Assembly (NCBI GenBank): GCA_965261345.1
Contig: OZ253449.1
Coordinates: forward strand, 160,001-224,000
Source of the DNA: Chloroflexota bacterium
GTDB taxonomy: Bacteria; Chloroflexota; UBA11872; VXNJ01
Direction: 5' to 3'
DNA: 64,000 bases
A program made the translations under genes and the position numbers. The notes below the pieces were generated by a model. That model searched no databases, was not told where the DNA came from, and saw only the letters and a list, made by a program, of their open reading frames with translations. Below are positions 40,062-51,117 of the stretch, in pieces; position 1 is the stretch's first letter; each line of letters begins with the position of its first letter.

Positions 40062-41486
40062 CTAAGGGCGCCCTGGTTTCCAGTATCCGGACGAGACAAA
40101 GGCTTGCCCGGCATTTATGAGCCGGCGTTTTTGCTGCGACAGGAGCACCCGTTGGCAAATTTCCTCCGGATCGTAGTCGCGCAAGGCCCGGGCCCGGAGT
40201 TCGGTCAGTTTCTCAGCGTAATCGGGATTCTTGCTCTGGTCAGCCAATTCGTCCGGGTCGGTGACTAGGTCGAACAACTCTTCGGATTCGTCCAAGTGTC
40301 CGTGATAGTAGTTGTATTTCAAGTCGCCAACGCGCACCATCCGACATGGCCCCTTGGCGGCCACCGCGGCATAGTCGGCGATTACCTCGCCGGCCGATTC
40401 TTCGGCGCCCGCGGACAGCGGCAGAAGGCTCTCGCCGGCCCAGTAATCGGGGGCTTCAACACCGGCCGCGTCGAGGATCGTGCTCGATAAGTCGACCAGC
40501 GACACCGGCTGCTTGACGCGGCGGCCGGGGTCTGCGCGCCCAGGCCAACGGATGTGCAGGGGGATTCCCACTGAATCCTCGTAAAAGGTCTGCTTGGTCC
40601 ACATACCATGCTCACCGGCGCTGTCCCCGTGATCGGATGTGTACACGACCATGGTGTCCTCATGCTGCCCGGATTCTTCCAGCGCGTCCAAGACTGCCCC
40701 GAGCCGATCATCACAGTAGGTGATCAACCCGTAATAGGCAGCCCTACATCGGGCCGTCAATTCTGGGTCCACGCCGATATAGGAAAACCATTCCGCCACC
40801 CGACGATTGTGCGGGTGGATGTTGTCCCAGTGGGGCGGAATGTGTGGCTGATCGGCGTGCTCGGGGAAGTACTGGTCCCAGTAGGGTTGGCGTGCAACGA
40901 AAGGGAAATGGGGAGTGATGAGCCCGACCAACAGCGCCCACGGGCGCTCGCTGTCGGCCTGCGCGCGAATGTAAGTGCTGGCTTGGGCGGCCGCGATTTC
41001 GTCATAGGCCGAAAAAACGTTCTCGCCAGGGCCGGAAACGGTGAACAGATTCTTGCCAAAGGCGGCTTTTTCAGGGTGCCATTCCGACCAGTTGGCAGTC
41101 AGGTTCAGATCCCAGTCGCCATGGCAATCGGAGAGGATGCGGCGCTGGAAACCGTGCATCTGATCCGGCCCCTGGAAGTGCATCTTGCCGCAAAGCACAG
41201 TCTCGTAACCGGCGGCGTTGAGCAGATGGGCCCAGGTGGCCTCGTCGCTGCTGAGCGCGGCAGCGTTGTCCCAGCTTTCGATGCTTGGAAGGAGCTGCCC
41301 GGCCATGAAAGAAGCGCGCGATGGCGCGCAGACCGGGGAATTGCAATACGCGTTTTCGAAGGTGGTGCCCTCGTTGGCCAGCAGTTGCATGTTGGGCGTT
41401 TCGACGAAGGGGTGGCCGTACGGGGCGGAAAAACGCGGTGAATGCTCGTCACTCATCACTACGAGGATGTTGGGTTGCTTAGGCAT
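40062..41486 (-). CDS. Sulfatase (choline-sulfatase-like, Cys-type)
   Basis: PNILVVMSDEH, CAPSRAS, GKMH, PHFP, SDHGD..GEHG..K. Confidence 0.92.
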   Translation of the reverse strand: MPKQPNILVVMSDEHSPRFSAPYGHPFVETPNMQLLANEGTTFENAYCNSPVCAPSRASFMAGQLLPSIESWDNAAALSSDEATWAHLLNAAGYETVLCGKMHFQGPDQMHGFQRRILSDCHGDWDLNLTANWSEWHPEKAAFGKNLFTVSGPGENVFSAYDEIAAAQASTYIRAQADSERPWALLVGLITPHFPFVARQPYWDQYFPEHADQPHIPPHWDNIHPHNRRVAEWFSYIGVDPELTARCRAAYYGLITYCDDRLGAVLDALEESGQHEDTMVVYTSDHGDSAGEHGMWTKQTFYEDSVGIPLHIRWPGRADPGRRVKQPVSLVDLSSTILDAAGVEAPDYWAGESLLPLSAGAEESAGEVIADYAAVAAKGPCRMVRVGDLKYNYYHGHLDESEELFDLVTDPDELADQSKNPDYAEKLTELRARALRDYDPEEICQRVLLSQQKRRLINAGQAFVSSGYWKPGRP

Positions 41487-41766
41487 GACTACCTCTTAAA
41501 TTGCTGCTTGGAGGCTGATCGTCGATCCGGAAACCGGATTCTGGACCAGTTGAAGTTCCCGAGCTGAAAGTGCTGGCGCCAGGAGCGGTTTCCGACCGGA
41601 TGCTGTCGGCGGACTCGAGAAATCCGGCCCCCGGGATGATCCCTAGCATTGTCCCTTGACCACCAACGCGTACGCGATTTTCCTGGGCATGAATCGGATC
41701 TAGGAACGGACGCAGCACGAGGCCCTCACCAGCTAGAAAAGCTTGGATCCCGGTGGGGGCACGCTC

Positions 41767-42855
41767 CTAGTCGGTGCGGTCCAGGTAGGCCTTCACGATG
41801 TCGATGATGAGAGAGATGTCGGCGCCAACCTCGCCGATCGGCGAGGTTGGCCGACAGCCGGTGGTGATGCATTCGTGGAAGCGGCGCAACTCGCGGCGGA
41901 AGGGACTTTCCCAGTCCAGTGCCGGTTCGTTGGTAAATGTGGATCCGGCGGCATCGATACCATGGATCCGAACGCGCGAGAGCCCGCGCGAGAAACCGGT
42001 TTCGTAGGAAACAATGACACGCTTGCGGGAACTGAAGACCTCGAGCGTCTCGCGGAAGTCCCACAGGTCCGGAAGGTCCACCCAGGTGGCCACGCAGCGG
42101 AAACCAGGAGCGTATTCGAGCGTGGTTGAAACCGCGGTCCCTTCCTGCCATATGTCGGCACTAACCACGCGCTCGGGCAGCCCGAAAAGCGCCCGGAGGC
42201 CGTAGAGATCGTGGATCAGACTCCCCGAAAGAATTCCGAAAACCCTGGTGATTTCCGGGCCGACATTCCCGATCGCGTCGTGGACGGCGCGGGCACGTTC
42301 GCTTTTTTTCTGCTCGATCGCCGACCGCGGAACGTCGCCGAAACTCCGGGTTCGGAACTGGCCGACGTGCAGGTCGTTGTGAGGGTGCAGGTGATTGACC
42401 TGAACGAAGCGGATGTCTTCCATCTCTGCAACTTCGGTCCAGGCCCGCTCGAATGCCGGCTCGTAGAGCTTTACGTAGCCGGCCAGGGCGACCTTTTGAG
42501 CGGCGGCGATTGCCCGGGCGATCGCCTCAAATTCGGCCGGGGAGAAACAGATCGGCTTTTCGGCGAAGACGTGCTTGCCGGCCGCCAGCGAGTCCACGAT
42601 CGACTGCGATTTGGGGTCCGTCTGGCACAGCAGGACGGCATCGATGTCGGCTGCGAGCAATTCGCGATAGTCGGTGAACGTCCGCGGCACGTGGAACTGC
42701 TGGGCAGCATGGGATGCCGCTTTCGCCGAGACGTCACAGACGGCGACCAGCTCGAACTCCTCGGCCAGCTCACTTAGGAAGGGCAGATGCTGGATCTGGG
42801 CGATCGCGCCGCAGCCGATGACGCCGATCCGGACACGCCGACAGCTGGACGTCAT
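41767..42855 (-). CDS. Gfo/Idh/MocA family oxidoreductase
   Basis: IGVIGCGAIA, GKHVFAEKP, LIHDL. Confidence 0.9.
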   Translation of the reverse strand: MTSSCRRVRIGVIGCGAIAQIQHLPFLSELAEEFELVAVCDVSAKAASHAAQQFHVPRTFTDYRELLAADIDAVLLCQTDPKSQSIVDSLAAGKHVFAEKPICFSPAEFEAIARAIAAAQKVALAGYVKLYEPAFERAWTEVAEMEDIRFVQVNHLHPHNDLHVGQFRTRSFGDVPRSAIEQKKSERARAVHDAIGNVGPEITRVFGILSGSLIHDLYGLRALFGLPERVVSADIWQEGTAVSTTLEYAPGFRCVATWVDLPDLWDFRETLEVFSSRKRVIVSYETGFSRGLSRVRIHGIDAAGSTFTNEPALDWESPFRRELRRFHECITTGCRPTSPIGEVGADISLIIDIVKAYLDRTD

Positions 42856-43487
42856 GTCCGGCCCGCCCGCGGCGCGATGTCATTCCAGCGGTTGGCCAGT
42901 TCGGCGACCTGGCGATGGACCTGGAACAACGCATCCCAAATCCGGCCGCGATGTTCATCGGCGCTCCCCAGGTCGCCGGCCGCAGCCGCGTCCGCCAGGT
43001 CTGTGGCGAACTCCGACTGGGCGTCGGCGGCCGAATCAGCCGCGTCCCTGATCGCCAACGTGGTCGCCCGCAGACGGTCCAAGAGCTCCCCTAAAGGAGT
43101 AATCGCATCGGTTGGGTGATCGTAATTTGAAGAATCAACGAACCGGTGTGGAAGTCGCCGGCCGCCTGGCCCCCAGTAGGTGTGGGTCGGCTGGATGTGT
43201 GGGGTCACCGACAGGTACATGATCATCGGCTTATCGCCGATCGCACGCACCGAGTGCATCTGGTCCACCAGAGCGATGCAAAGCTGACCCGGACCGACTA
43301 AGGCGGTTTCGCCGGCGATTGTAAATTCGGCCTTACCCGCCAGGACCAGGAAGATCTCGTGACCAAGGTCGTGCGAGTGCGCCCGCGCCGTCTCGCCGGG
43401 ATCAAGGCGCATGAACCGGGCCCGGATCTGGGGCGAAACCAGCAGGTTGCGCTCGTCGGTCCGGTAGTCGTAGATCGGTAGCGGCAT
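42852..43487 (-). CDS. Cupin-domain protein with helical C-terminus
   Basis: HSHDLGHEIFLVLAG and QMHSV metal-binding motifs; ATGA overlap with the next gene. Confidence 0.85.
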   Translation of the reverse strand: MPLPIYDYRTDERNLLVSPQIRARFMRLDPGETARAHSHDLGHEIFLVLAGKAEFTIAGETALVGPGQLCIALVDQMHSVRAIGDKPMIMYLSVTPHIQPTHTYWGPGGRRLPHRFVDSSNYDHPTDAITPLGELLDRLRATTLAIRDAADSAADAQSEFATDLADAAAAGDLGSADEHRGRIWDALFQVHRQVAELANRWNDIAPRAGRT

Positions 43488-43711
43488 CGGGGGGCTCACT
43501 CTCGAAACGCTTAAGGTACGCAATTGTCCGTGCAGCCTATTCCGAGAGACCGCCAATTTCAGGCCAGCGGCGTTCGGCGTCACCAAACGGAACCTTCACC
43601 GCCGAAGGCTGGTTGGCGGCTGCCGGCTGCCAATGCCGAAAATTCGTGCAGAGACTAATGTAAAGGCCCCGGCTTTCCGGGGCGCGGTAGCTATTTGCGA
43701 GGTGGCAGGCG

Positions 43712-44215
43712 TTGGTCAAATTAAGGCAAATATCCCAACGATACCTCGCCGCGGGCGGACTGCTACTGCTAGCAGCAGTGCTCGTGGGCGGTGTGATCGC
43801 CGCGTTGCTGGAGGAAGAGGCCAGTTTTCCCAAAGATTCCGCCGAGGCGATCGTGCAGCGCTATGAAAAAGCGGTGGCGGACACGGATTGGGACACGGCA
43901 TATGCGTTCCTGGCCGATGAGCTGCAGGAAGTCTGCCCGCTGGAAGAAATCGCCCCGATGCGCTTTACGGCGCCGGAGGGTCAGAGGATCACCCTGCAGG
44001 GCTCGCAAATGGTCGGCAACACGCTGGTTGTGACCGTGCGAGTTACCGAATCGGAGTTCGAGGGACCATTTGGCGGCGGACAACGGGCCTTTGAGCGGCG
44101 TTACTCACTCAAATTTGCCAATGAGCAATGGCGGTTTAGTGAGTTTCCAGAGCCGTTCTATCGGTGTCCCGAAGCGCGCGAGGCGGCTGGGCCAACTCGG
44201 GTTCAGGTCCCTTGA
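43712..44215 (+). CDS. Membrane-anchored hypothetical protein (NTF2-like/lipoprotein-like)
   Basis: N-terminal TM, AEAIVQRY..A...DWDTAYAFL; apparent operon with the next gene. Confidence 0.7.
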   Translation: MVKLRQISQRYLAAGGLLLLAAVLVGGVIAALLEEEASFPKDSAEAIVQRYEKAVADTDWDTAYAFLADELQEVCPLEEIAPMRFTAPEGQRITLQGSQMVGNTLVVTVRVTESEFEGPFGGGQRAFERRYSLKFANEQWRFSEFPEPFYRCPEAREAAGPTRVQVP

Positions 44216-44245
44216 GCAACCCCCAGGGGGCATAGGGCCCAGCCG

Positions 44246-46057
44246 ATGAACCCAGCGGTTTTCGCGTTGCTGGCGCTGCTTTCCCCGGTTGCGATCGTGG
44301 CGGCAATTGTGTACGGCGTTAACCGCTGGCGAAGAGCGGGTGCTGCTGCCGATTCAAGCGAACCGATCGCCGTCTCGGTCCGACGCTTCTATTTCTATTT
44401 CGTGTCCCTGACGGGGCTTGTGGTGGGCGCTAGCGGCCTCTTTTTCATCGTGCATTTCGTGCTGGAGCTAATTTTTGGCGCGCTCGTCATGGCGGCTTCC
44501 CGCGATCCCCTGGCAATCGGTCTGTCACTGGCGGTGGTGGGGTTGGCAGTCTGGGGATTTCACTGGCGGCATATCCAGCAGTCCCTGCAAGCAAGGAAAT
44601 CCGAGGCGCAGGCGCTGCTGCGCAGCTTCTACATCTACCTGATCCTGGCCATCGCCGGCGTGATATTGCTGACTACGGGATATGCGATCCTGCGCTGGCT
44701 GTTGGCATCCTACCGCGGCGACGTATTTGATGCCGCACCCTTGGCGTTCGCCGCCATCTGGGGACCGATCTGGGCCTATCACTGGAAAGTTGGCTCCGTT
44801 AGTGCTCCTACGGACGCGGCGCTCGCGGTCCGCCGCGTTTACATCTACAGCGCCTGCGCGGTCGCCCTGGCGATGGGTGCAACTGGGATCGGGATGGCGA
44901 TCTTCGTCGTGCTGCGTGCGGGCTACTTGGCGGTATTCGGGGATCCCGCACTTGCACAAGTCGGAAGCGGGTTGTGGAACGAGACGATGGTTACGGGTCT
45001 GGCCCTGGCAATATCCGGCGCGGTGGCCTGGTGGACGCACTTTAGGCGCTTCGGCGCCGGCGCACCTGATTCGGTGCTACGCCAGGCATATATATTCGCA
45101 GCCACCCTGCTCGGTGGGTATCTGGTGGCAATCGTGGCCGCGATTGCGGCCATAAGACTGATCCTGATTTGGCTGGTCGGCGTCCCGCCTAACCCAGCGC
45201 TTATCCACTTCGATTCGCTCCCCAATTGGATCGCTACGCTGGCCGTCGGGATTGCGGTCTGGGCCTACCATCGCGCCGTTATGCGGCGAGACTCTCGCGC
45301 GTCGCCACTGGGTCCGGTCTCCAGCTTGCGGATCTATACGTACACTCTCGCCGTATTCGGACTGGCCGTGCTGGCCGGGGCGGTGAGTATCGCGGTCACC
45401 CATCTGGCCGCGAGCCTGCTCGAAGTCCATGAAGGGATATTGGCCGGCGCCGGTTCGCAGCGGAATTCAATCGCCACGGCGATTTCCCTGGCGGTGGTCG
45501 GCACGCCGGTCTGGCTTTGCTACTGGCGGGCGGCGCAGTTGCGCGCGGGCGCCAACGGTGATCAGGAGCGATCCGCCTTGGCGCGGAAGATTTTCGTGTT
45601 CGCCGTGTTGGGCACCGGCGCCCTGGTCCTGATCAGCAGCCTCAGTTATCTCCTCTATGCCCTGCTCAGCGACTGGCTGGAGGGGGAATTTGGTATTGCA
45701 TTTCTCTACCAGGGGCGCTACGCGCTCGGTGCTATCGCCGCATCCCTGCCGTTTGTGCTCTATTACTGGAGCATCCTCCGGCAGGACCGGGCGTCCGAGC
45801 CGGTCAAGGAGCGAGCCGTCCACCGAACAGTGGCGGTGCTGTCGGGCCCGGGAGGCGAGCGGTTCATCGCCGATCTTGAACAGGCTCTCGGTTACCGAGT
45901 AGAGGCGTTTGACTGGATAGATTCCGAAGGCCCGGTTCAATCATTTGACCCCGGCCGGGTTCAGGAGATTGCGGTCGGGGTGTCCGCCGCACCGGGGTCA
46001 AAGGTGCTGATCACGCTCGATGTGAACGGAGCCAGGATCTTGTCCTACGACCGTTGA
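44246..46057 (+). CDS. DUF5671-type multi-pass membrane protein with six internal repeats
   Basis: Recurring units VRRFYFY, LRSFYIY, VRRVYIY, LRQAYIF, LRIYTY, ARKIFVF, each followed by TM helices ending in a W..HW-like motif. Confidence 0.75.
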   Translation: MNPAVFALLALLSPVAIVAAIVYGVNRWRRAGAAADSSEPIAVSVRRFYFYFVSLTGLVVGASGLFFIVHFVLELIFGALVMAASRDPLAIGLSLAVVGLAVWGFHWRHIQQSLQARKSEAQALLRSFYIYLILAIAGVILLTTGYAILRWLLASYRGDVFDAAPLAFAAIWGPIWAYHWKVGSVSAPTDAALAVRRVYIYSACAVALAMGATGIGMAIFVVLRAGYLAVFGDPALAQVGSGLWNETMVTGLALAISGAVAWWTHFRRFGAGAPDSVLRQAYIFAATLLGGYLVAIVAAIAAIRLILIWLVGVPPNPALIHFDSLPNWIATLAVGIAVWAYHRAVMRRDSRASPLGPVSSLRIYTYTLAVFGLAVLAGAVSIAVTHLAASLLEVHEGILAGAGSQRNSIATAISLAVVGTPVWLCYWRAAQLRAGANGDQERSALARKIFVFAVLGTGALVLISSLSYLLYALLSDWLEGEFGIAFLYQGRYALGAIAASLPFVLYYWSILRQDRASEPVKERAVHRTVAVLSGPGGERFIADLEQALGYRVEAFDWIDSEGPVQSFDPGRVQEIAVGVSAAPGSKVLITLDVNGARILSYDR

Positions 46058-46669
46058 CCCCGGTCCGTCGACGGTCGCCTGTCAGGCGGAATTGGTTTGA
46101 AAATCTCCGCCCGGCGATCGCCGCACCCGGAAAGCAGATCTGACGGCGGAAACGCAGCGCAGGCGTTGTCGCCGGATCTGTGCACGAAGCGGCTGCGTCC
46201 CGAATCGGCGCCGCGCGCAAGCAGTTCAAAGTGTTCGGACAAGATGCGCCAAAAGACGCAGCGGTGGCCTGGATGGGCCCCTGCGCATGGCCACCAAGAG
46301 CGGCGCGCGGGTGGGGCTTGTCCAGCCGCTTGGGCCGCTTCACCCGCTTGTACCGGCAGGCATCGGCGCGCCGGTTGGACGAGCGAGCGCCGAAATTGCG
46401 GGGCAGCCGCAACGAATTGATTCCGTGAACGGTTGGTAGCCGGAACCGCTGGCGGGCGAATTCGGCTCAAAAACCCAAATCGAAGGCCAGATTGTGGGCC
46501 GGCGGTATGACGTCTTGCAATCGTTGTTCAATCTGCAGCAACTGTTCAGCAAATACCGGCGCAGCCCGACGCCTGCGTAGAAGATACCGCCATTTGCCCA
46601 TGTCTGATTCGGGATGGCGGCAGATGCAGGGCCGTATCGCACGCCCGATCCAGCGCTTTGCCAATCGTT

Positions 46670-47470
46670 CTATCCGCGCAAGCGATCGAGCGCAGCCAGA
46701 TGAAGACCGCGCGAAGCCGATGCCAACACCCGGCCCTTTGAGGCAAGGGTGATCGGCTCACCGTCCCAGTCTGTCATTTGGCCACCGGCGCCGCGCACAA
46801 TCGCGACCAACGGCAAGTAGTCCCACAATTTCAAGGACGCTTCACACACAATGTCCACAAAGCCCGAAGCAAGCAAACCGTAGGCATAGCAATCTATCCC
46901 GTACCTTGACCGATACAGGGAAGACGAAAGCGCGTTCCACGCGTCGCGTTCCGGACCCTGGAACATCGTCGGGTCGGACGCAAAACCGATTGAGGCCGCC
47001 AAATCGGTCGTTGAGGATGTGTGGACAACGAGTGAATTGTGTCTAGCCTGCGGCGAAAGATGGGGGAAATCCAGACCTATCCAACGCTCCTTAGATATCG
47101 GTTGGTCAAGTACGCCGAGCACGGGGAGGCCGTTCCGGACGAGCCCAATCAACGTGCCGAACGTCGGCAGGCCTGAAATGAATGCGCCGGTCCCGTCGAT
47201 CGGATCGATCAGCCAGACCCATTCGGCGTCGGCCCGATCCGCTCCAAACTCCTCGCCCACGATTCCGTGATTGGGAAAGCGGCTGGAGATCCGCTTGCGG
47301 ATCGCGGTCTCGGCAGCGCGATCCGCCTGGGTAACCGGAGACCCGTCACCTTTGCGCTCGACCTGCACGTCGCTGCGAAACCAGGGCCGGATCGCTTCCC
47401 TAGAAGCATCGGCCAACTCCCCCGCAAATTGCACGTACATATCCGCGACCAGCTCGCGAGGATCAGGCAT
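46670..47470 (-). CDS. hisN: Histidinol-phosphatase, inositol monophosphatase family
   Basis: SPVTQADRAAE, GEEFG, WLIDPIDGT..F..G.P.FGTLI, DCYAYGLLASG, WD. Confidence 0.82.
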   Translation of the reverse strand: MPDPRELVADMYVQFAGELADASREAIRPWFRSDVQVERKGDGSPVTQADRAAETAIRKRISSRFPNHGIVGEEFGADRADAEWVWLIDPIDGTGAFISGLPTFGTLIGLVRNGLPVLGVLDQPISKERWIGLDFPHLSPQARHNSLVVHTSSTTDLAASIGFASDPTMFQGPERDAWNALSSSLYRSRYGIDCYAYGLLASGFVDIVCEASLKLWDYLPLVAIVRGAGGQMTDWDGEPITLASKGRVLASASRGLHLAALDRLRG

Positions 47471-47711
47471 GACCTCGGCCTACCCCGCGTCCATTCGACA
47501 CGCGGTTAAGCGCACTGTCGATGACGGGGGACGCATGTCAATGTCTACCTTGATATCACTTAGGGTTACCTGATGTTGGATCGAAGCACTCGCATTTGGA
47601 CGACGCGGTCGAAACTGGGCGGAAGCCTGATTGTTTCGACATCGATGGCCACTACCCAGGATCGATCCTACCGGTCCAACAGCGCGATTGCCAACCGCCA
47701 GCTCATACGAC

Positions 47712-49094
47712 CTATCCAACGAGATCCGATTCGACAAATCGGTAGACGCGGCGCGTGAACGAGATCACATAGATCTCACCGTCGGGGCCTTCGGCAAACG
47801 CGGAGATCTGCAGATCGGTGTCGGCAACCTGAATATGTTCGGTAGCCACGCGACCATCAAACCGCAGCGCCCAGATCCGCCCCGAACAGAAGTCGCCATA
47901 GACGTAGGCCCCATACAGTGATGGCAGATTTGATCCGCGATAGACGTAACCGCCGGTGACCGAACAGCCGTCGGTGCGATCGTATTCGGCGACCGGGAGC
48001 ACCAGGCCGACTCCGCTGCAACCGCGTTCGGCAAAGCAGTGGGCACCCTCCATCAAATTCCATCCGTAGTTGGCCCCGGGCAGGATTATGTCAATCTCCT
48101 CATAGAGGTTCTGGCCCACGTCAGCAGTCCAGAGGTCGCCGGTTAAGCGGTCAAAGGAAAAGCGCCAGGGATTGCGCAATCCGTAGGCCCAGATCTCGGG
48201 CCGAGGGCCTGTCTGTCCAACGAATGGGTTGCCGGCCGGCACGACATAGCCGCCATGTTGATCGATCGAGGAAACGTCGATGCGCAGGATCGTCCCCAAC
48301 AGGGTGCCAAGGTCCTGGCCATTGCCGCCGGGATCGCCGGCCGAACCACCGTCGCCCAGCCCGATGTAGAGAAACCGGTCCGGCCCGAACGCTATCTCAC
48401 CGCCGTTGTGGTTCGAATGTGGCTGGCCGATCTCAAGAATGATCAGTTCGCTGTCGGGATCGGCCCGGTCATCGGCGGCGCGTAGGCGCGATATCACCGA
48501 TCGCCGCGGACTGGCGGCCGAATAGTAAACGTAGAAGAAGCCGTTGCGGGCATACTCGGGATCAAAAGCCAGGCCCAGCAGGCCCTCCTCGTTGCCGGAG
48601 CGGTTTACGCGATCGGTCAGGTCCAGAAACACGCGATACGAATCGGCTTCTAAGTCGTTGGCAATCGAGACGATGCGGCCTTCCTGCAGTACCACGTAAA
48701 GGCGCTCCGGATCGGGGTCCGGGTAGTACATCCCCACCATTCGGTCGAACGCCAACGCCGGAAAGACCGGCTGCAGTTCAAGCTCGGCCAGGGGCTCGCG
48801 CGCTGCTTTGCCATCGGCGATCACGCCCTCGGGAGAAGGCTCAAACGGCGGTGCCGTATCGGGCTCAGCCGACACCCCCGCGATCGGATCGCCCGCGGGA
48901 AGTTGGGCCGGAGCGCTCGGCGGTTCCAGGTCCGCTGCAGGTGCGCCCACAGTCGCTACGTATTGGTTATCGGGAGTTGCCGGGGCGGCGGGATCGGCGG
49001 GTCCACATCCGGCCAACGATCCAGCACCTAGGGCGAGCACGATAACAGCTGCCAGAGTAGTTCTCCAGGCCGCTCTGGGGACGGAATTAATCAT
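47712..49094 (-). CDS. PQQ-dependent sugar dehydrogenase (GSDH family) lipoprotein
   Basis: Lipobox LAGC, EEGLLGLAFDP, NHNGG.IAFGPD, YGLRNPWR, ADVGQ, NYGW. Confidence 0.9.
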   Translation of the reverse strand: MINSVPRAAWRTTLAAVIVLALGAGSLAGCGPADPAAPATPDNQYVATVGAPAADLEPPSAPAQLPAGDPIAGVSAEPDTAPPFEPSPEGVIADGKAAREPLAELELQPVFPALAFDRMVGMYYPDPDPERLYVVLQEGRIVSIANDLEADSYRVFLDLTDRVNRSGNEEGLLGLAFDPEYARNGFFYVYYSAASPRRSVISRLRAADDRADPDSELIILEIGQPHSNHNGGEIAFGPDRFLYIGLGDGGSAGDPGGNGQDLGTLLGTILRIDVSSIDQHGGYVVPAGNPFVGQTGPRPEIWAYGLRNPWRFSFDRLTGDLWTADVGQNLYEEIDIILPGANYGWNLMEGAHCFAERGCSGVGLVLPVAEYDRTDGCSVTGGYVYRGSNLPSLYGAYVYGDFCSGRIWALRFDGRVATEHIQVADTDLQISAFAEGPDGEIYVISFTRRVYRFVESDLVG

Positions 49095-50298
49095 GCGCGG
49101 GTGAATTTATGTCGCGCCGAACGGCGGCAAATAAACCGACGCTCAGCAGCGTGCAGGCACCAAAGAATATCCCTACCGCCGGGTAGCCGCCAGTTGCCAG
49201 CGCGACTCCTCCGAGGGCTGATCCGAGCATGGTTCCGCCCGAAAAACTCACCTGCGAGAGCCCGGTAATGGCGCCGCGGTGTTGCGGTGCAAGATCCAGG
49301 ATCACGGCATTGAACGAAGTCGACCGCAGCCCCAGGCCAAACGACCAGGCCGCTGACATTGCGACCGCAAATGCCGGCACCAGCGGAAAGTTGAGAAGGA
49401 TCGCCAATGGCAGAAACACGATCAAGCCCGACCCCACCAGCGCGAACGCACGACGCTCGGGCCCAATCCGAACCGATAACCAGGTTGCAACTATCGCAAC
49501 CGCCGGCCCGACCGTAAGCAGCAAGCCGACCTGTCCCGGGGCGAGGCCATAGGTTTGGGCGGCGAAGGCGCCGAAATAGACATCAATCCCGTAGCCGCCG
49601 ATAACGAATGCGACATTGGCGGCCAGAACCGTGGCGGTCACGCGCCGGCTGAGGAGGTGACGGTAGGCGCCGGCAACCGTGGCCAAGGCCGCCGGCAGCG
49701 ACCCGCCGCGGACTGGCAAGCGCGGGACCGCGATCCAGGCCGCCACCATCGACAGGGCGGTGATGAGCGATCCGGCCGCAAAGGTGGCGGACCAGTCGAA
49801 GATCCCGGCTAGGAATCCCGACAGCAGCGGCCCGACCAGAAAGGCCACGCGGGCTACGATCAACAGCAGCGCCAGCATTCGATCGCGCTGCCGGCGTTCG
49901 AATAGGTCGCCAACGGTGGCAAACACCTGCGGGAAAAAGATTCCATTTCCCACTCCCATCAAGGCCGATCCGAGAAACAGCGCGCCCAGGCTTGGAAAGA
50001 ACCAGATGAGGGCGCTGCCGAGGGTGTGTAACCCGATGGCGGCCAGGATCACCGGTCGCCGCCCGATGCGGTCGGCCAACGGCGATATCAGCAGCGCCGC
50101 CAAGACCGAAAGAATCGTCTCCACGGTGAGGGTCTGACCCACCACGGCCACCGGGACATCTAGGTCGGCAGCGATAAATTGCGGCAGCGGGCCAAACATG
50201 CGGCGGCCCACCACCATTGCAAACATCATCCCCAGGAACGTGGGCGTAAAGAACGGTTTCTGCGGGAACCGGGACTCCGGCTGGGCCGGGGATTTCAC
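49087..50298 (-). CDS. MFS transporter (12-TM)
   Basis: SPLADRIGRRPV motif A. Start set at GTG 50298 because the upstream frame extension overlaps an IS relic. Confidence 0.85.
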   Translation of the reverse strand: MKSPAQPESRFPQKPFFTPTFLGMMFAMVVGRRMFGPLPQFIAADLDVPVAVVGQTLTVETILSVLAALLISPLADRIGRRPVILAAIGLHTLGSALIWFFPSLGALFLGSALMGVGNGIFFPQVFATVGDLFERRQRDRMLALLLIVARVAFLVGPLLSGFLAGIFDWSATFAAGSLITALSMVAAWIAVPRLPVRGGSLPAALATVAGAYRHLLSRRVTATVLAANVAFVIGGYGIDVYFGAFAAQTYGLAPGQVGLLLTVGPAVAIVATWLSVRIGPERRAFALVGSGLIVFLPLAILLNFPLVPAFAVAMSAAWSFGLGLRSTSFNAVILDLAPQHRGAITGLSQVSFSGGTMLGSALGGVALATGGYPAVGIFFGACTLLSVGLFAAVRRDINSPAHD

Positions 50299-50339
50299 AG
50301 ACGCGATGGGTGCTCGTTTCCCCGCCTTTAAATTAGGCC

Positions 50340-50730
50340 GCCAAATTATCCGGCCCGGGAGGCGGCGCCGCACCACCACCACGGCGTTGTCGTACGGGCT
50401 GCGCCTGGAGGACCCCACCCGGGTACTCGACGGCGTTCAGATGACAGGCGATGAAGGTGACCACCACAACTCGCTTGACGTTCTCCAAGTAGATGGCCAG
50501 GGAGTTTCCATGGCCATCACAAATGCCCACTTGCGTGCCCCTGGCGTTCGCTGCAAACGTGGGTCGAGCTGCCCCACAGTTCGCTTGGGCCCGCTCACTG
50601 GGCTTGGCCCCAATACGCGCCGTCCCCCTCGGGGGGGGTTCGGTGCCGGCGAGGCTTTACGTACTCCTTGAAGGGTCGCGTACCCACCTTCATAGTCCAT
50701 CACCCAAAGCTCGCGCAGAAGGACCACTCC
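50340..50730 (-). pseudogene. Heavily degenerate IS21 istA fragment
   Basis: Across frameshifts reads VLLREL..DYEGGYAT-KEYVKPRR, PSERAQ..WG, KWAFVM, CHLNAVEYPGGV-RRSPYDNAVVVV, matching IstA motifs GY.GGY..LK.Y, PGEQAQVDW and GGVP...YDN. Confidence 0.65.
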
Positions 50731-51117
50731 TGTGTAGTGGCCGTCAGATGGCCGGAAGTCTAAGTGCTCGATGTGCGGATCGGACTTTTACTCCCCGCTT
50801 AACCGCGATTTGGGTTTTCAGGATGCCGCCGCGGGCGAACTGTCTGCCCACCGTGTTGCGGGAGATTCCCATGGCGCGGTCGATGCCGAATTCGGGGTTG
50901 CGCACCCCCATCAGTTCAACGTTTTGTCTCACTGTGCCACACTCCCGGATCGGGTTTCCGAGTCCCGGCGGGATCTGTCCCGCTAGATTTTTATACCGAT
51001 GTTCAGTAGCCTAAATCGGGTCCAATTGCCAGTTTCGGCAGGAAAACAACCACGCAAATTGTTGTGTTGGCGGCCATCTAAGAGTAATCAGCGGCGGCCA
51101 AACAAGGACGCGGCTCC

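Noticed and set aside
50299-50727. N-terminal extension of the MFS ORF and the 96-aa ORF 50437..50727 as real proteins
   Set aside because: Explained as frames of a degenerate IS21 istA relic.
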